Assembly (NCBI RefSeq): GCF_009914755.1
Contig: NC_060926.1
DNA: 64,000 bases
DNA from: the human T2T-CHM13v2.0 reference genome, Homo sapiens
Strand: one strand, 5' to 3'
Below are positions 1 to 13,233 of the stretch, one piece after another. Every line of letters begins with the position of its first letter. The first letter of the stretch is position 1. The notes beneath the pieces were generated by a model that saw nothing but the letters and a program-made list of their open reading frames with translations, had not been told where the DNA came from and did no database searches. Made by a program: the position numbers and the translations under genes.

Positions 1-1375
1 CACACACACAATTTTCTTCATCCAATCATCTGTTGATGGACAGTTAGGTTGATTCCCTGTCTTTGCAATTGTGAATAGTACTGTGATAAACATACAAGGG
101 CAGCATTTTTCTTGATACGGTGATTTCTTTTCCTTTGGGTAGATAACCAGTAGTGGGATTGCTGGATAGAATGGTAGTTCTATTTTTAGTTCTTTGAGAA
201 ATCTCTAGATTTTTTTCATAGCAGTTGTACTAATTTACACTCCCCCCAACAGTGTATAAGTGTTCCCTTTTCTCCACATCTTCACTGACATCTGTTATTT
301 TTTGACTTTTTAATAATAGCCATTCTGATTGGTGTGAGCTATCTCATTGTGATTTTAATTTGCATTTCTCTGATGATTAGTGATTTTGAACATTTTTTTC
401 CATAGGCTTTTTGACCATCTGTATGTCTCCATTTAAAAAATGGTGTATTCATGTCCTTTGCACACTGTTTAATGGGGTTATTTGTGCTTTTGTTGTTGTA
501 ATTGAGTTATTTGAGCTCCTTGTAAATTCTGGGTATTAGTGGCCTGTTGTATGCATAGTTTTAAAATATTTTCTCTCATTTTGTGGGTTATCTGTTCACT
601 CTGTTGATTATTTCTTTTGCTATGCAGAAGCTTTTTAGTTTAATAAGTCCTATTTGTCTATTTTTGTTTTTGTTGCTTGTGCTTTTGAGGGCTTAGTTAC
701 GAATTCTTTGATGAGACCAATGTTCAGAAGAGTTTTCCCTAAGTTTTCTTCTAGTATTTTTATAGTTTCAGGTCTCACGTTTAAGTCTTTAATCCACCTT
801 GAGTTGACTTTTGCATATGGTGAAAGTTAAGGGTCTAGTTTTATTCTGCATATGGCAATCCAATTTCCCAGTACCGTTTATTGAAAAGGGTGTCCTTTCC
901 TCAGTGTACATTTTTGTCAACTTTATCAGAGATCAGTTGGCAGTAGATATGTGGTTTATTTCTGAGTTATTATGTTCTATTGATCTATGTGTCTATTTTT
1001 ATACCAGCATCATGCTGTTTTGGTTACTATAGCCTTGTAGTATAATTTTAGGTAACGTAATATGATGCTGTCAGCTTTGTTCTTTTTGCTGAGTATTGCT
1101 TGGGCTACTTAGGCTCTTTTTTGGTTCCATATGAATTTTAGTAATTTTTTCTATTTCTGCAAAAAATAACATCCATATTTTGATAGGGATTACGTTGAAT
1201 ATATAAGTTGTTTGTGCAGTATGATCATTTTAATATTATTAATTCTTCTAACTCATGAGCATGGGATGTTTTTCTTCGTGTGTGCGTCATTTCTTTCTTC
1301 AGTATTTTGTAGTTTTCCTTGTAGATATCTTTTACCTCTTTGGTTAAATGCAGTCTTAGGTATTTTATTTTATTT
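1..1375 (-). mobile_element. LINE-1 (L1PB/L1MA-type) ORF2 3' part, runs off the window start
   Basis: Antisense L1 hallmarks: 'ttggttccatatgaatttta', 'tgcagaagctttttagtttaat', 'ccagtagtgggattgctggat', 'gcatttctctgatgattagtgat'. Confidence 0.9.
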
Positions 1376-2000
1376 ATATATTTTGCATTTCCACAGAATT
1401 TTCATTATTATATTATTTTCTCTGAGAATAATTAATCTATTAATTATATTAATCTCTCTGTTATTATATATATTTGAAGTTTTTCATAATAAAAATTAGA
1501 TTTACAAAAGGAATAAAGCTGACAAAATGAAGTTCATCAATGCTGCTATTCCCAGTTGGCAATATCTGGTCAAGGAAACAGGATGGCTGAATAAAGCCTG
1601 TGGCCCACCAGGTAGCTCAGAGCTCCTGCATGTCTTCTTGTTTTCTGTGACAGTGTAACAGCAGCACACTGTCACAGATGCAGGTGATCCACCCTTTCCT
1701 GCCAGACCACATTTTCTCTTCTCACAGACCATCATTCACAAGGCAAGAAGAATTTTACTTCACTTTACTCATCATTGACAAAGGCTGCCCTAAGACCATC
1801 TTCCAGGTTCAGGTCTAAATTAAATGAAAAAATGACAGAAGGAAGAAGGAAACTACCATTTCTTGAAGCTTCATGACTACCCATGCACAAAGTGAGGTAC
1901 CTGGGCCATCATATTGATTATGTTCGCATTTTACCCTGAAATGGATGTTTAAGATATACATCACATACTTGGGGGCAGGCATATATCTGGGGCTTGGAGC

Positions 2001-2318
2001 TGGGCTGTCAGAAGAGGTTGGCAAGGAGCCATTTGTCCCAGGGCTCACATTCCACAAAAGCCTCCAATTTGGACTTTTGATCTTCTCTTTAAATGAACTT
2101 AAACATATGGTCATTGTATTTCTGTGTGTTTTACAATTATTAGTTTGTTAAATGTAAATATTGGAAATATTTGACAGTTTTTTTCACCCATGTTTTCACC
2201 ATGCTTGCTTTTTACTATACCAAAGATTTCAAAAGAAAAACAAAACAACAAAACAGACCAAAAAACAACAACAATGAAGGAAGTTGCCTAGGCCCCTCTG
2301 TGACTCTAAGAGGTCCTG
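2001..2318. mobile_element. Possible degraded hAT-Tip100-like DNA element
   Basis: Ends resemble Tip100-type termini ('ggctgtcagaagaggttggcaaggagccatttgtcccagggctc' and 'ttgcctaggcccctctg...ggtcctg') around an AT-rich core; weak match. Confidence 0.25.
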
Positions 2319-4224
2319 CTCCGAGAAAACAGAGCTGATTTTCTCCACAAATAGAGGTCACAGACATTTTCTCCTTTTACTTCTATTGATTCCTTCTGTT
2401 GTTGGTCATTTGTCTATTTTCCTAGGGTTTCAGGACTCTCAAAACAAGTAACAGGGAAATATATGAGGCGATCGATGAGATCTATGTTATAGTTAAAAAG
2501 AGAAATAAGCAAAACTTGCTGTGGGAAAACTGGGTCATGGAAGAAAAAATAATTTTTAAAATTCCAGAGAAGAGTAAATGAGACCCTACTAGCTTTAATA
2601 TTTCCCAAATGCGACCAAATAAAGAAGCTGAGTAGGAGGATGCCTCAGTACCTGGGCTTTAAGCATGCTCTGTGACATGCTTATTTGCTTGTCAATAGCC
2701 CTGAAGCCCTGTTCTTCAGGTAGTTCTCATGTGGAAATGGCCTGTGTCATTTATAAACCTGCCTCCGCTTCTTTTTTTCCCCCCGCATAATGCTTCCTTT
2801 GCTTCTGAAGTCTTCCTGGTAGCATTGGAGAGTAAAATTATTCATTTAAAAAAATCCAGTGTCTAAGTACAACAGGTTAGTAGAAAAGGGACTGAGAAAG
2901 AATTAAAAAGCCATATAGTACCAAGTAAGTCACATTTCATTTTTGTTTTTGTTTGTGTATATTTTCCTTTTATTCCATGAGCTGTAGTCTCGACTGATCA
3001 ATAGTCAATCTTCTTGGGTGAAATCTTCAGGAATTTAGGGGACCCACATTAGTTCCAAAGCTGTAATTGCACAGTTATGCAAATCCCTGAAAGGGATACA
3101 AATGGTTTAACCTTAACCCCAGGGATCCCCTTCCTGAAACTGCATCCTGGAATGTTCTCAAATGGAGGAGTCAATGAGCTGGGTTGTGACTAAGAATGAG
3201 AAGGCAGCAAGACAGCATACCTTCTTCTCCATCTAGAGGTGTGAGCTGTAAAGACAGTGGTCACACCACAGGCACACCCAGACCAAGCCCCCAGCTTTTG
3301 GAGTGCAAACCTCTACTCTCTGCATAGACCCTGAGAATCAATTAGACTCAGACTTCTAAATTCTAAGGATCTCCAAGCACTTGATTTGGGTTTCTTGGGG
3401 GTATCACATATAATGATACAATGATAACTTTTATAAGGATAAACTCAAAGACATGTAGCATATTTCTATGTTATTATTGTTGATTTTAAAAAGTAAAACT
3501 GAAATTCAATTGTCAATGTATTTTGGAATAAAGCAGACCATGTACATGTCAGCATCAATCCCCCTGAAATCTTGAGCAAAACTAAAGTCAAGGATGAATT
3601 TGCATCATTGACACTGTGTTACAAATAATGATAATCATGAAAATCCACCCTCCTCCACTGCTGAGTCTTGCCCCTCATTATAGATTAGTAGTTTAGTGAG
3701 TTGATGTGGAAATGTTCCTTATTATCACAGTTTTATTGCCAACCTCAGTACATCTGTTCCAAAATTCATATAGAAATGGCCAGACATTTCAATAAAAGTA
3801 TGTCTTGGAATTTTCATATAGTTCCTAATGCACTAAAATCTGGATGAAAAGCTGGTACTTTTAAAATTTACAATCGCACAGACTGAGCAACATCTGGATA
3901 GCTTTGCTCTACTGCCTTCCCTGTTCCTTTAGATTTAGACTCAAGATATGATGTGCATGAAAGGCCAACAAACCTTGTGTGTGGCAGGTGTGAGTTGAGG
4001 CTGACAAAGACCTAATACTATGTTCAATTCACTTTGATACAGCTTTGTACAAAACACATGGAACCCTCTTCCTGCCCATTACCAAATATCATAAGCAACA
4101 GAAAGGACGACGGAGCAAGGGGAGAGAATTTTTTTACGAATGGAGAGAAAGACAGAATTTGCTATATAAACTAGAGTTCTTGAATTAATTATCTCTGATC
4201 ACATCCCTTGTTAGTTTGCACAAG

Positions 4225-4228
<4 letters not shown>

Positions 4229-4256
<28 letters not shown>
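4229..4256 (+). repeat. (TG)14 microsatellite
   Basis: Read directly from the sequence. Confidence 0.97.
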
Positions 4257-4260
<4 letters not shown>

Positions 4261-5569
4261 TACACAAGACCAATTTCTAACACATGGGAAGAACAACATC
4301 TAGAGTTCCCAACTAAAGGATCCACTTTCCAGTTTCATCAGTCTCCACACTGAATTACAGAATTTCCTTTTCAACTGTCGGTATTGACAAGAGACGAAAG
4401 AAGAGAAGAGAGAAAGGAGAAACAGGAGGGAAGAAGGAAGAAAGTGTACTTGGAATGATGTGTATGGGAAAATGTAACTGTAACTAAATACTTACTAGTG
4501 ACAACTTCGTAGTTCCTATGAATCATTATCACACTTACTGTAAAAGCTGCTGAAGTCTTTTCTTTCATGAAGCGTTATTAAAAGTCATATTGCAGTAGCT
4601 GGCATTGGTGCTTTGCTTTGGGTGTAAGGTAGGCAAAGTGCTATTTTGTGAGAATAGGTTAGATCAATCTGAATTTTCGACCTGACCTTCCCCTCACCCC
4701 TAATAACTTCCTGGTTCCTTGGTCACAGAGTGATTTATGAGCAAGAACAAAGAATGATGTGTCTATCCCAGAAGCAAGGGAAACTAGAAAACTTATTAAG
4801 GAGAAAAAAAAATGCAGAAGGAAAGAAAAGGGAAGGAATGAGAGAGAAAATACTAGTTTCAGAATAAAGTATCTCAGATTCTAGGCAGCTGTAATTACCT
4901 AGTCACTGAAGAAATAAAATGTGGAAATCCATTTTATAAAAAATCAATGTTTTAAACAATTCAAAGAGCTCTCATAATTTTAAATCTCACTGCAATGTCC
5001 ATGTTCAGAGCTCTGATCACCTTTAAAGAGGAGGGCTCCAATAATTTTCAATTGTTCTTCACTGGGAAATCTCCAAACCCCCATTCTCTTCCAAATGGAA
5101 GCAATCTTAAAACTATGAAACACACCAATAATTTTAAATGGCTCTCTCCCCCGACCCTTTCTATTTTATGCCCCTTCTTCATCTTTTCTCAACTTTTTAG
5201 ACAATGACTCTCCCAATTTTAAATCTACTTTTTTCAAATTCACAGTTGCAAATTAATTCCTAATAACAACAATTCTTTTGTGCCTTTTTCTTAAATATGT
5301 GAACACAACTTTTTCTCAGATTAATGGTAACAAAAGTATGGGGCTTTCGTTAGGAAAACCCCTCCTAAGAATGTTTTTATTTAGTGCTTGCAAAAAAAAA
5401 ATGTAAAATTAATGAATAAGGATTTGATTATTTCTAACCAACAATTCCACAAGGAATACAATTTTATATTGAATTCCAGTCTCATTTGCAAAGACCTTCC
5501 ATAATTAAAATGCTTCAATCTTCTTCAAATTAGAAAAGCAAATTGTTACATATCATAAGTAGGCGCTTT

Positions 5570-6150
5570 TCTGTTTAATGACAGTCACTCAGATGATTTA
5601 TGACACACATTATTTTATATCAAAGTACAATGAAATAGGCATTACCAAAGGTAATCTCCATAATGTCTGGAAAGGGATCAGAAACCTCAGTGCAACAATG
5701 AACGAAGTATTTAAAATGCAAAACCCAAAGACATTATTATGGTTTTGATTTCTTATGGCACAGCTTCGCCTGATCAGTTATATTACCAGTGCAGCACAAA
5801 GGGTGTTTGCGTATGAATGCCGCTAAGATAACAGACGGGAAAAATGAAATATAAAGTCAATTTTCATGCAGAAATTGTTATCAAAGGGATGATAAAGTAA
5901 AACTGTATAATCACAAGAAAAAACAATTGATGAAGAATAATCTAGAATAGGCCAAGCTGACTATGTCTGATTTCAGCTTTTAAACTCCTGTTCTATTAAA
6001 ATATGTAATAAAGTGTTAAGATAATGTATAAACAAATCCAACTAGAGCACTATGTTGATTATTATTTAGACGCTGCCTTCCAAGATCTCTTTGCAAATGA
6101 AATTGAGCAGCAGCTTAAGTGTGCATATTATGAATGGGGAGAAATTTTCG
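5570..6150. promoter_or_regulatory. Candidate developmental enhancer
   Basis: Non-repeat DNA with MEIS TGACAG (5579), PBX-HOX TGATTTATGA (5594), TCF ATCAAAG (5619, 5880), SOX AACAATG (5694) and GATA AGATAA (5826); motif evidence only. Confidence 0.35.
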
Positions 6151-6256
6151 TCAAGCTCAGGCTCCTAAGTCATATGAAAAAAAAAATAATTCTGAGTTTT
6201 AAAACTCATAGTTGTTTTAGCATGGAATGGAATCAGCAAGCACCAAGGGAAGAATA

Positions 6257-6287
6257 AACACATACACATGCACACACACACACACAC
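6257..6287 (+). repeat. Imperfect (CA)n microsatellite
   Basis: 'aacacatacacatgcacacacacacacacac'. Confidence 0.85.
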
Positions 6288-7625
6288 CAAAATTATTTTA
6301 ACACACACAAGTGAAAAATCATGACGTTGGGGAGAATGTGGCTCGCTAATCTTTATTTTTCTGGAATAAGATGTAAATAATGCCCAAGCACATCCCATAT
6401 TAAAGGGCTACCCATTAGAATAAAGGCCTCTCCCCATGAGGATGCTGTTTATCATGTAGTTTGCAAGCAGAAAGGTGGCTCTTTCTAATTCTTTTAAAGA
6501 CATTTTGCTTGGGGCCTCAGAAATTAAACAGAGAACAGCAGGGAAGGGGTTTACTATTTAATGCTCTTGGTTGTAATTTTTTAATTAGCCATTAGGAAGA
6601 TGAAGGCAGGTTCAGACAGGGATGAAAAGGAAGACTCGGAAGAAATACGGCTTTCTGCAAAGAGCCCCTGGAGATTATAGGAAAGACTCAGGTCTCCAGA
6701 GAGGTTCCCAACACAGAAGGAACTCGCAGGCCACTTCCTCATGTCCCTTGGGCAAATCTAAATCTAGTTGTTAGAAAGCGTGGGGTTTAACTGGATTTCC
6801 TAAAAGATGTCATGTCTCAAGCTCAAATTCTTACAACTGAAAAAAGGAAATGACTGGAAAAAAGACAAAAATGCTGAAAGCACAGATGTGGCTGATCTCG
6901 GGGTCTCAGCCACTGGGAGTGTTTACACATGCCTCCACACTTTCAAGGGAAGAGAAGACCCTGTACTTGGCCTGTTGCTTGTTCTCTAATGACAGGACTT
7001 GGTAGGATACTGGGGAAAGGCAGAGAGGAAAATGCAAGAGACACAGGAGATGCTGGAAACCTTAAGGGTATATGCCTTTGTAAATAGTGAATCAAGTCAC
7101 ATGAATTCAAAGGCAGACCTGCTGAAAACCCTGAATGGAGACATAGTCCTGGAACACAGAGCAGAGAAAACGTATTATTTGCATAGACTTCACATCTTGA
7201 AGTAATTTTAATAAATAAGAAATTTGGCAAAAATTGAAACTATATTAATAGAGGAGATTCCATATTTTTAATCTTTGGAAAAAGCTGAAGCTGAATTCTC
7301 TAGTTTTCATTATTCATATCTGCTCCTTCTATATTTCCCATCTCAGTAATGGCACCATTCATTCGGTCACTAAACAGTCAATGTCAACCTCATCTTCTCC
7401 ATCTAATCAGGCACGAGGTCTTGTTTATGAAACTCCAGGATTCAGCTCAGGTCTATCCTTCTCTCCCACCTCCACTGCCTAGGTTGAACCTTTCATTGTC
7501 TCTCTCCTGGAAAATTGTTGTGGCTTTCCAGTTAGTCCCCCTGCCTTCAGTCTGTCACCTACCACCCCTCAATCCAACATCTACCGAGTGACCAGAGGGA
7601 ATTTTTCTAAAATTCCATCCTATTA

Positions 7626-8053
7626 CTTCAAGATTCTGGTTAGCTAGGTATAAGATGAGACCCAAGGAATATGCATTTTTAACTTCTGATTATGAACATT
7701 TCTAAACACACTCAAAGGTTGAAAATATAAAAAATCAATCCCCTTACTCTTATTCTTCAACTTCAACAACATCTTTACTGCCCAACATTTCCTTATACCT
7801 ACCCCCACTTTTTTTTTACAGGATCCTCACTCTCCCCTTTTTTCCTGCTGGAGAATTTCAAGGCAAATCCTAGACATTGTATCATTTGATCCCTGTAAAT
7901 GTTATGATAGTGTCTTAATGTAATTAATATCCAATTCGTATTTATAGTTTTCTTAATTGTATAAAAATGTTTTCACTTTGGTTTGGAGTAAGTCTGAATT
8001 TAAAACACTTTCCAGGTTTTCTGAAGACTAGCCAGGTATGAGTTCCAAAGCAC
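7626..8053. mobile_element. MER5A-like hAT-Charlie MITE split by an L1M fragment
   Basis: 'agattctggttagctaggtataagatgagacccaaggaatatgcatttttaac' continues after the L1 as 'cactttccaggttttctgaagactagccaggtatgag'. Confidence 0.55.
7686..8000 (-). mobile_element. Old L1M (L1MC/ME-type) 3' fragment
   Basis: 'gaacatttctaaacacactcaaagg', 'cttcaacaacatc', 'gagaatttcaaggcaaatcctagacattgtatcattt'. Confidence 0.65.
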
Positions 8054-8555
8054 TATAAGATAAAGTTGAAACTCCCCAGCAAAGCACCAAGGGCCCCATG
8101 TGATCTAGAACCCCCATCTCCCTCCAGCCTTTTTTCTTAGGGCCCATCCATCCAGCTTGCTTCTTACACTTCAGCCATTTTCATCACCTTTTAATTCCCC
8201 AAAAGTTTAAATGCTATTTCTCTCCTCTGAGCATTTGCTTTACTGTCCCCGCTGCCTGCAATGCTCTTCCTCCTCTACTCAAAACATTTTCTTTGAGAAG
8301 GCTTTTCTGTCCCCTGACCCAGAGTTGAATATACCTTTCTGCATGCTTCACCCAACTTTGTTCTTCAGATAGTATGGCCCTCTTCACCTTGATTGGCCAG
8401 CTGCCCCAGGCAAATGTCACTTTGGAACAGATTGTCCCCTAAAGTAGTTGAAGATCATATGCTCTGAATATAAAGTAGGAAATCGTGATTTGATGATGAT
8501 ACAACAGTAAGAATTTAGGCACAAAAGCTAGACTTGGAATGTAGCAACTTTCAGT

Positions 8556-8677
8556 TAGGGTGATCGTATAATGTATCATCTAATTTGCTAGTTAAAATGA
8601 AAGGGTACTATTAATAACTAGTCAGTACATAAATTCCCAGGATCGTCCCAGTCAAACAGGGTCCTATGGTCAGCCTA
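8556..8677. mobile_element. MER94/MER81-like hAT-Blackjack MITE
   Basis: Terminal inverted repeats TAGGGTGATCGTA...TATGGTCAGCCTA; internal 'gaaagggtactattaataa' and 'gtcccagtcaaacaggg'. Confidence 0.7.
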
Positions 8678-9974
8678 TTCTTTACGCTGTATGTTTTCAA
8701 AGCATGAGTGGGTTTTTTGTAAGTGGGGGACCTCCCCTCTCAAAGCTTGACCATCCTTAGTGAGGATCAGACCACAACCAATTGGCTCCATAGAGAATGG
8801 CTCCAATTTCCAGCTTTCCAGGACAGCCTGGGGCAACAACATATGGTTGAAACCTTGGACAAAACCTACTACTACCAGAAAATATATTCCCTTTCCAGGA
8901 TAAACAGGAAGAATTCAGTGTCCTGGGGCCCTGCAGGATGTTGGAAGTATTACATCACCCTCCTCTGGAATTTTCAGAAATTGTAAATCTTTTTTGGTTA
9001 GGGATCTTACTCTTTCTTCCTATTGCATGTTTAGGAACGTGAGATGGCAATAAATCTTTCCTACCTTCCATAATAAGTTCTTGTCTTAAAATCAAGGCCT
9101 AAGCAGGAAAATAATGTGATTCCAGATCCACTGCTGTGGTTTTGATGCTCCTATAACTAGCTTCCTTGTTGCTAGAGCTTCCATCTCACACCAGCACTCC
9201 TGGCACCTACTCTGCCTCATCACGGGAAGACAGCAGGGTTATGTCTGTGATGGCTGGACTGCAGGTAGCCATGTGAAGAAAAAGAGATGCAGGACAATAG
9301 GCTAAGTCCTATGGCTTTTCCTCCCTCCCTGTTGCCTTATCTTCCCCCTACTGTGGTTCCTCACACTTCACCCTCCAGGAGCCCCAGTCCCCTCCTTTTT
9401 GCCATTGTTGAAGTGCTCTGGATGGCCAAGTCCAGGCTTCCTTCTGACATATATTTGAATCTCACTTAGGTCCTTTAAGTTACTCAAAAATCTTTTAGGT
9501 TCATCTCTATCCTTCCATACTCAATCTAAGTAAAAAGACAAGACGATGGGCGGAGTAGTTCAGTTCTCTGATGGAGCATAGATAAGGTACGTTACACAAT
9601 GTCACTTCACAATGGAGTCAAAGGGTCTTGAATCCAACTTGAAGCCTGCTATGTGACTCCTAACTGAAAGCAAATAACAGTTTTAAATTATATGCAAGTT
9701 AAAAACAATGTATTGAAATATTGCTGATATTTGGGGTTGTCGTGTTTGTATGTCTTCCTTAAAGGTTTGGATGAGGAAACATGAAATAACCTTGTGGTGG
9801 TGACATTGAAATGACCTGGGTAAACTGATGTTGTCTGTTGGATATTTTAATAATTTTTATTTGCTTGTTTGAGACTTTAGTTTTAATGGCTACATCTCAA
9901 ATAAGTCTTTGTTACCAGGTCCCAAAGGATAATCTCCAGGGCTTTGTAAAATCCCACCTTTTTAAAAAGAAAAA

Positions 9975-10640
9975 TAAATACTTTTATGGTAGAAAATGTC
10001 CAACAGATACAACATAAGCTGTATAATTCAATGAACCCCCTTGTATCCACCCTGGCTTCAATAATTATCATCATTCTGCCATTCTTCTATCATCTATATA
10101 TCTACTTATTCCCCACTCCCATGTAATTATTATTATTATTTTAAATAAAATAATACATAAAATGTATGTACATTAGAAGGCACACATCTTAACAGTATAA
10201 TCTTTACAAATCGACACACCCATACACTGCTTTTTCAAAAACTATAAAAATTATGTAGTGAAATTTCCTTTATCCTGGACTCCAGGAATAACTTAGCCAC
10301 TATTTATAGTTTTACGTGATCTTTTCAGTCCTTCCCTTTGATAGAGTTATACCAACATATCCATGTATAGGAACACATTTATACATGCACATACATTCTT
10401 AATGAGCTTCTGTCAATGTATATTTCTTTTTTAGGTCAGTGCACATTGTTTTTTCTCATTTTAATGACTGTATAATATTACAGTATATGGAATTACCATG
10501 TTGATTAACCATTTCCTTATTTTTGTCCAGTTAGGTTGTTTCCTACTTTTTGCTATCATAAACAATGGTATTATGAATATCATGTATGTATATATTTTTG
10601 TACATTATTACTATTTATGTAAGGTTGAGTCCCAGAAAAA
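9975..10640 (-). mobile_element. Old L1M (MC/ME) fragments
   Basis: 'atgaaccccc ttgtatccaccctggcttcaataattatca', 'ttaggttgtttcctactttttgctatcataaacaatg'. Confidence 0.65.
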
Positions 10641-11299
10641 GCTCTAGGTCATTTTAGCACTAAGCTATGAAATCATTCTTTTCCACAAGAGAGACTCTTC
10701 CATGAAAGTCTTCCAGTAATAGAAGCTTTGTGGCATGATATAAAAATTATAGGACTCCAATCTTTGTGCTTAGTGTATCACTGCATAAATAAGCATTACA
10801 TGTTTTGGAAGTTGTTGTTATGATTACAGGGAATGACAAAATTTTTTTTTAAATGTAGTGCAGAGATTAAAGAAGTGTCATCTGAGCCAAGCTTGACCAA
10901 TTGCTAGAGGCTGCTTGCAATGGTTGTTTGGGAAGAATTTAATGGGCACAACCAGGTTCAGATAGAAAGTTACACTTGTTGGAGGAGCAGTAACTGCCCT
11001 GAGTTTATATGGGGAGAGTTGTAGTGAAGTATTGGCCATCTTTGGGGTAGAAAATGCGCCTTACATCTGGAGAACATTTTTGTTACATAAAACTTTTTTT
11101 TAATTATGAGAAAGTATCAATAATCCCATTTCATGGGCTATTTGTAAGTTTACCCAGTGAAGTATTTGGGAGGAGAACCATCCTATTCCTAAAGACGGTA
11201 TATCCCACATGCTGACAACAAACTCCTGTCTTTCTATTTGTCACCACTTTTCTCCTCTCGTAACTACCACCTTTTCACCTCCTCCCACCAAATCTTCCA

Positions 11300-13050
11300 G
11301 GCCAAACCCTCCCCTTTGCCTCCTGAACTCAGATCTCCCTCTTGACTCATTTCTACCTCTTTAAAATCTAAGTTCGTCCATCTTCCTTTTACCATCACTT
11401 TAGCTTTTCCATCCAACCCGTCCTGCATCCTCCAGTCTTTTCATTTCTCTGCTCCTACACCTGGGATGTGGATTACTGCTAGGGAAGTCTAACTACCACA
11501 TGGACTGGTGCTTTCATATAGCAATGGTTTTCAAACTCACTGGGCTCTTCAATGGCCCTGCAATTCCATGAGTTCCTGCTCCATCCCTCTCTTTGCCCTT
11601 GTGGTGCACTTTTCCCTAACATTTTATTTTCTCTTCAAACTCCTTACACTGTAGCTTTTCCTCTCATTGTCAGCAAATGCTCTTGCATCCTACCTCACTG
11701 AGAAAAACAGCTCCGTCAAACACCAACTCCCTCAACTTGCAGAATCCTCACCTAGAAACATCTTTACTGGTCTCCATCCTTTCCTGCTGTTTCCATGGAA
11801 GCATTGTCCCTCATCCTGTTCAAGGCTAATGCCTCCACCTGTACCTGGGATCTTGTATTCTCCTGCCTCCCCAGCGGACACCTCGCTCCAACAGGCCTCC
11901 CTTTTCTGTGTCACTAACTTTCCTTTTTTGAGTTCATCAACGTGTCTCTTCTCAGTTCATAGTGTCAAAGCTATTCTGCATGAAACAAACAAACAAACAA
12001 TCTTTATTTGACCCCACATTCTCTTCACCTTCTTTTCTTTTACAGCTGGAACACACATACTTTCCCTTTACTTTCCTTCCTCTTCATACTTTAAGCTATT
12101 GTCATCTTAATTTTGTTCGCATTCTTTAAGCTTAGGTCTCAAATGACCTTCATGCTGCTACATTCAATGATTGGTTTTGTGCCCTTAACTTATATAAACT
12201 TTCTTCCACACTTGACATTGCTGATCATTCTTTCTACCCTAACATTTCCTCCCCTCTTGGTTCCTAAGTCCTCTTCACTCTTATACCCTCTCCTGGATCT
12301 CCTCCATCTCTCTGTCCATTCATTTTTGGACTCTTGCAGAGACTCCTCTGTTGGCCCCATACATGGCTGGTGTTCCCCAAATCATAAACGTAGCCCTCTC
12401 TTCTCACCCTGACAATCATGCTGACAGCAGCCAAACACTTAGCTTCAACTACCACTTTCATCCTGTAAGCTCCTCAAACTGGTCATTCCAGATACTTTGC
12501 TGAGCTCCATAACTACATATCCAAGTGCAACAGGACATCTACACTTGAATTTTCAACAGGTACCTCAAACTCAGCATAGGCAAAGGCAAGCCTTTCAGTG
12601 TCTATCCCCAAACTATGTTTCCCAGTTCATCTGTCCAAACATTCGAGTCAAATATCTTGCCTAGACTCCAGCTGCTTCCTCGTGCCCCATGGCAAGAGCC
12701 AGGTTCTTAACATTTTTCTTATCTGTCTATTTCTTTCCATTTCTACCATGATTTCCCTAGTTCAGGTTCTGATCAGTTTTAGCCTAGATTATGCCCAAAG
12801 CCCCTTTACTGTCCTTCCTCCTCTAGGCATTTTTGCCCTTCATATTTACTCTCTGCATGGTTGCCTGGGGAATCTTACAGAACTGGTGGCATCTGATCAG
12901 ACATGCCTCACTGGTTTAAATCCTTCAGTTACCTCCAGTGGCTTTCAGGAGAAATATTCAACACAGTTTGACATTCCAGGCATTTCACAATTGGCCTCTG
13001 CCTATATCCCAGTGTCATCCTCTATCCTTCTCCCTGGGACTCATGACATT
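11300..13050 (+). mobile_element. Long L2 LINE fragment (ORF2/RT region)
   Basis: CT-rich; 'caaatgaccttcatgctgctacattcaatg', 'cttgacattgctgatcattc', 'catatccaagtgcaacaggacatctacacttgaat...acctcaaactcagcat'. Confidence 0.8.
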
Positions 13051-13059
13051 TACCTGGCA

Positions 13060-13197
13060 GAACTGTCTGTTAGTATTTGGCAGTTTCTTCTGACTGTAAG
13101 AGCCTGAGATTCACTCCAGTTACCTCTAAGAAAAGAAGGTTTAGTGAGAGTTGTTTACCCATGGAATTGGATTAAACATAGAAAGTTTTCAGGAACT

Positions 13198-13233
<36 letters not shown>

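Larger units (their letters stand above)
7300..8390 (+). mobile_element. L2 LINE fragment, interrupted at about 7626-8053
   Basis: 'ttcccatctcagtaatggcacca', 'tgtctctctcctggaaaattg', 'gtgaccagagggaatttttctaaaat'; resumes 'agataaagttgaaactccccagc...gcatttgctttactgtccccgctgcctgcaatgctcttcc'. Confidence 0.75.

Noticed and set aside
1605-1618. CTCF-like CCACCAGGTAGCTC
   Set aside because: Mismatch in the highly conserved GGC core.
11667-13107. ORFs of 114, 99 and 169 aa
   Set aside because: They lie in a decayed CT-rich L2, which is poor in stop codons; not a host gene.
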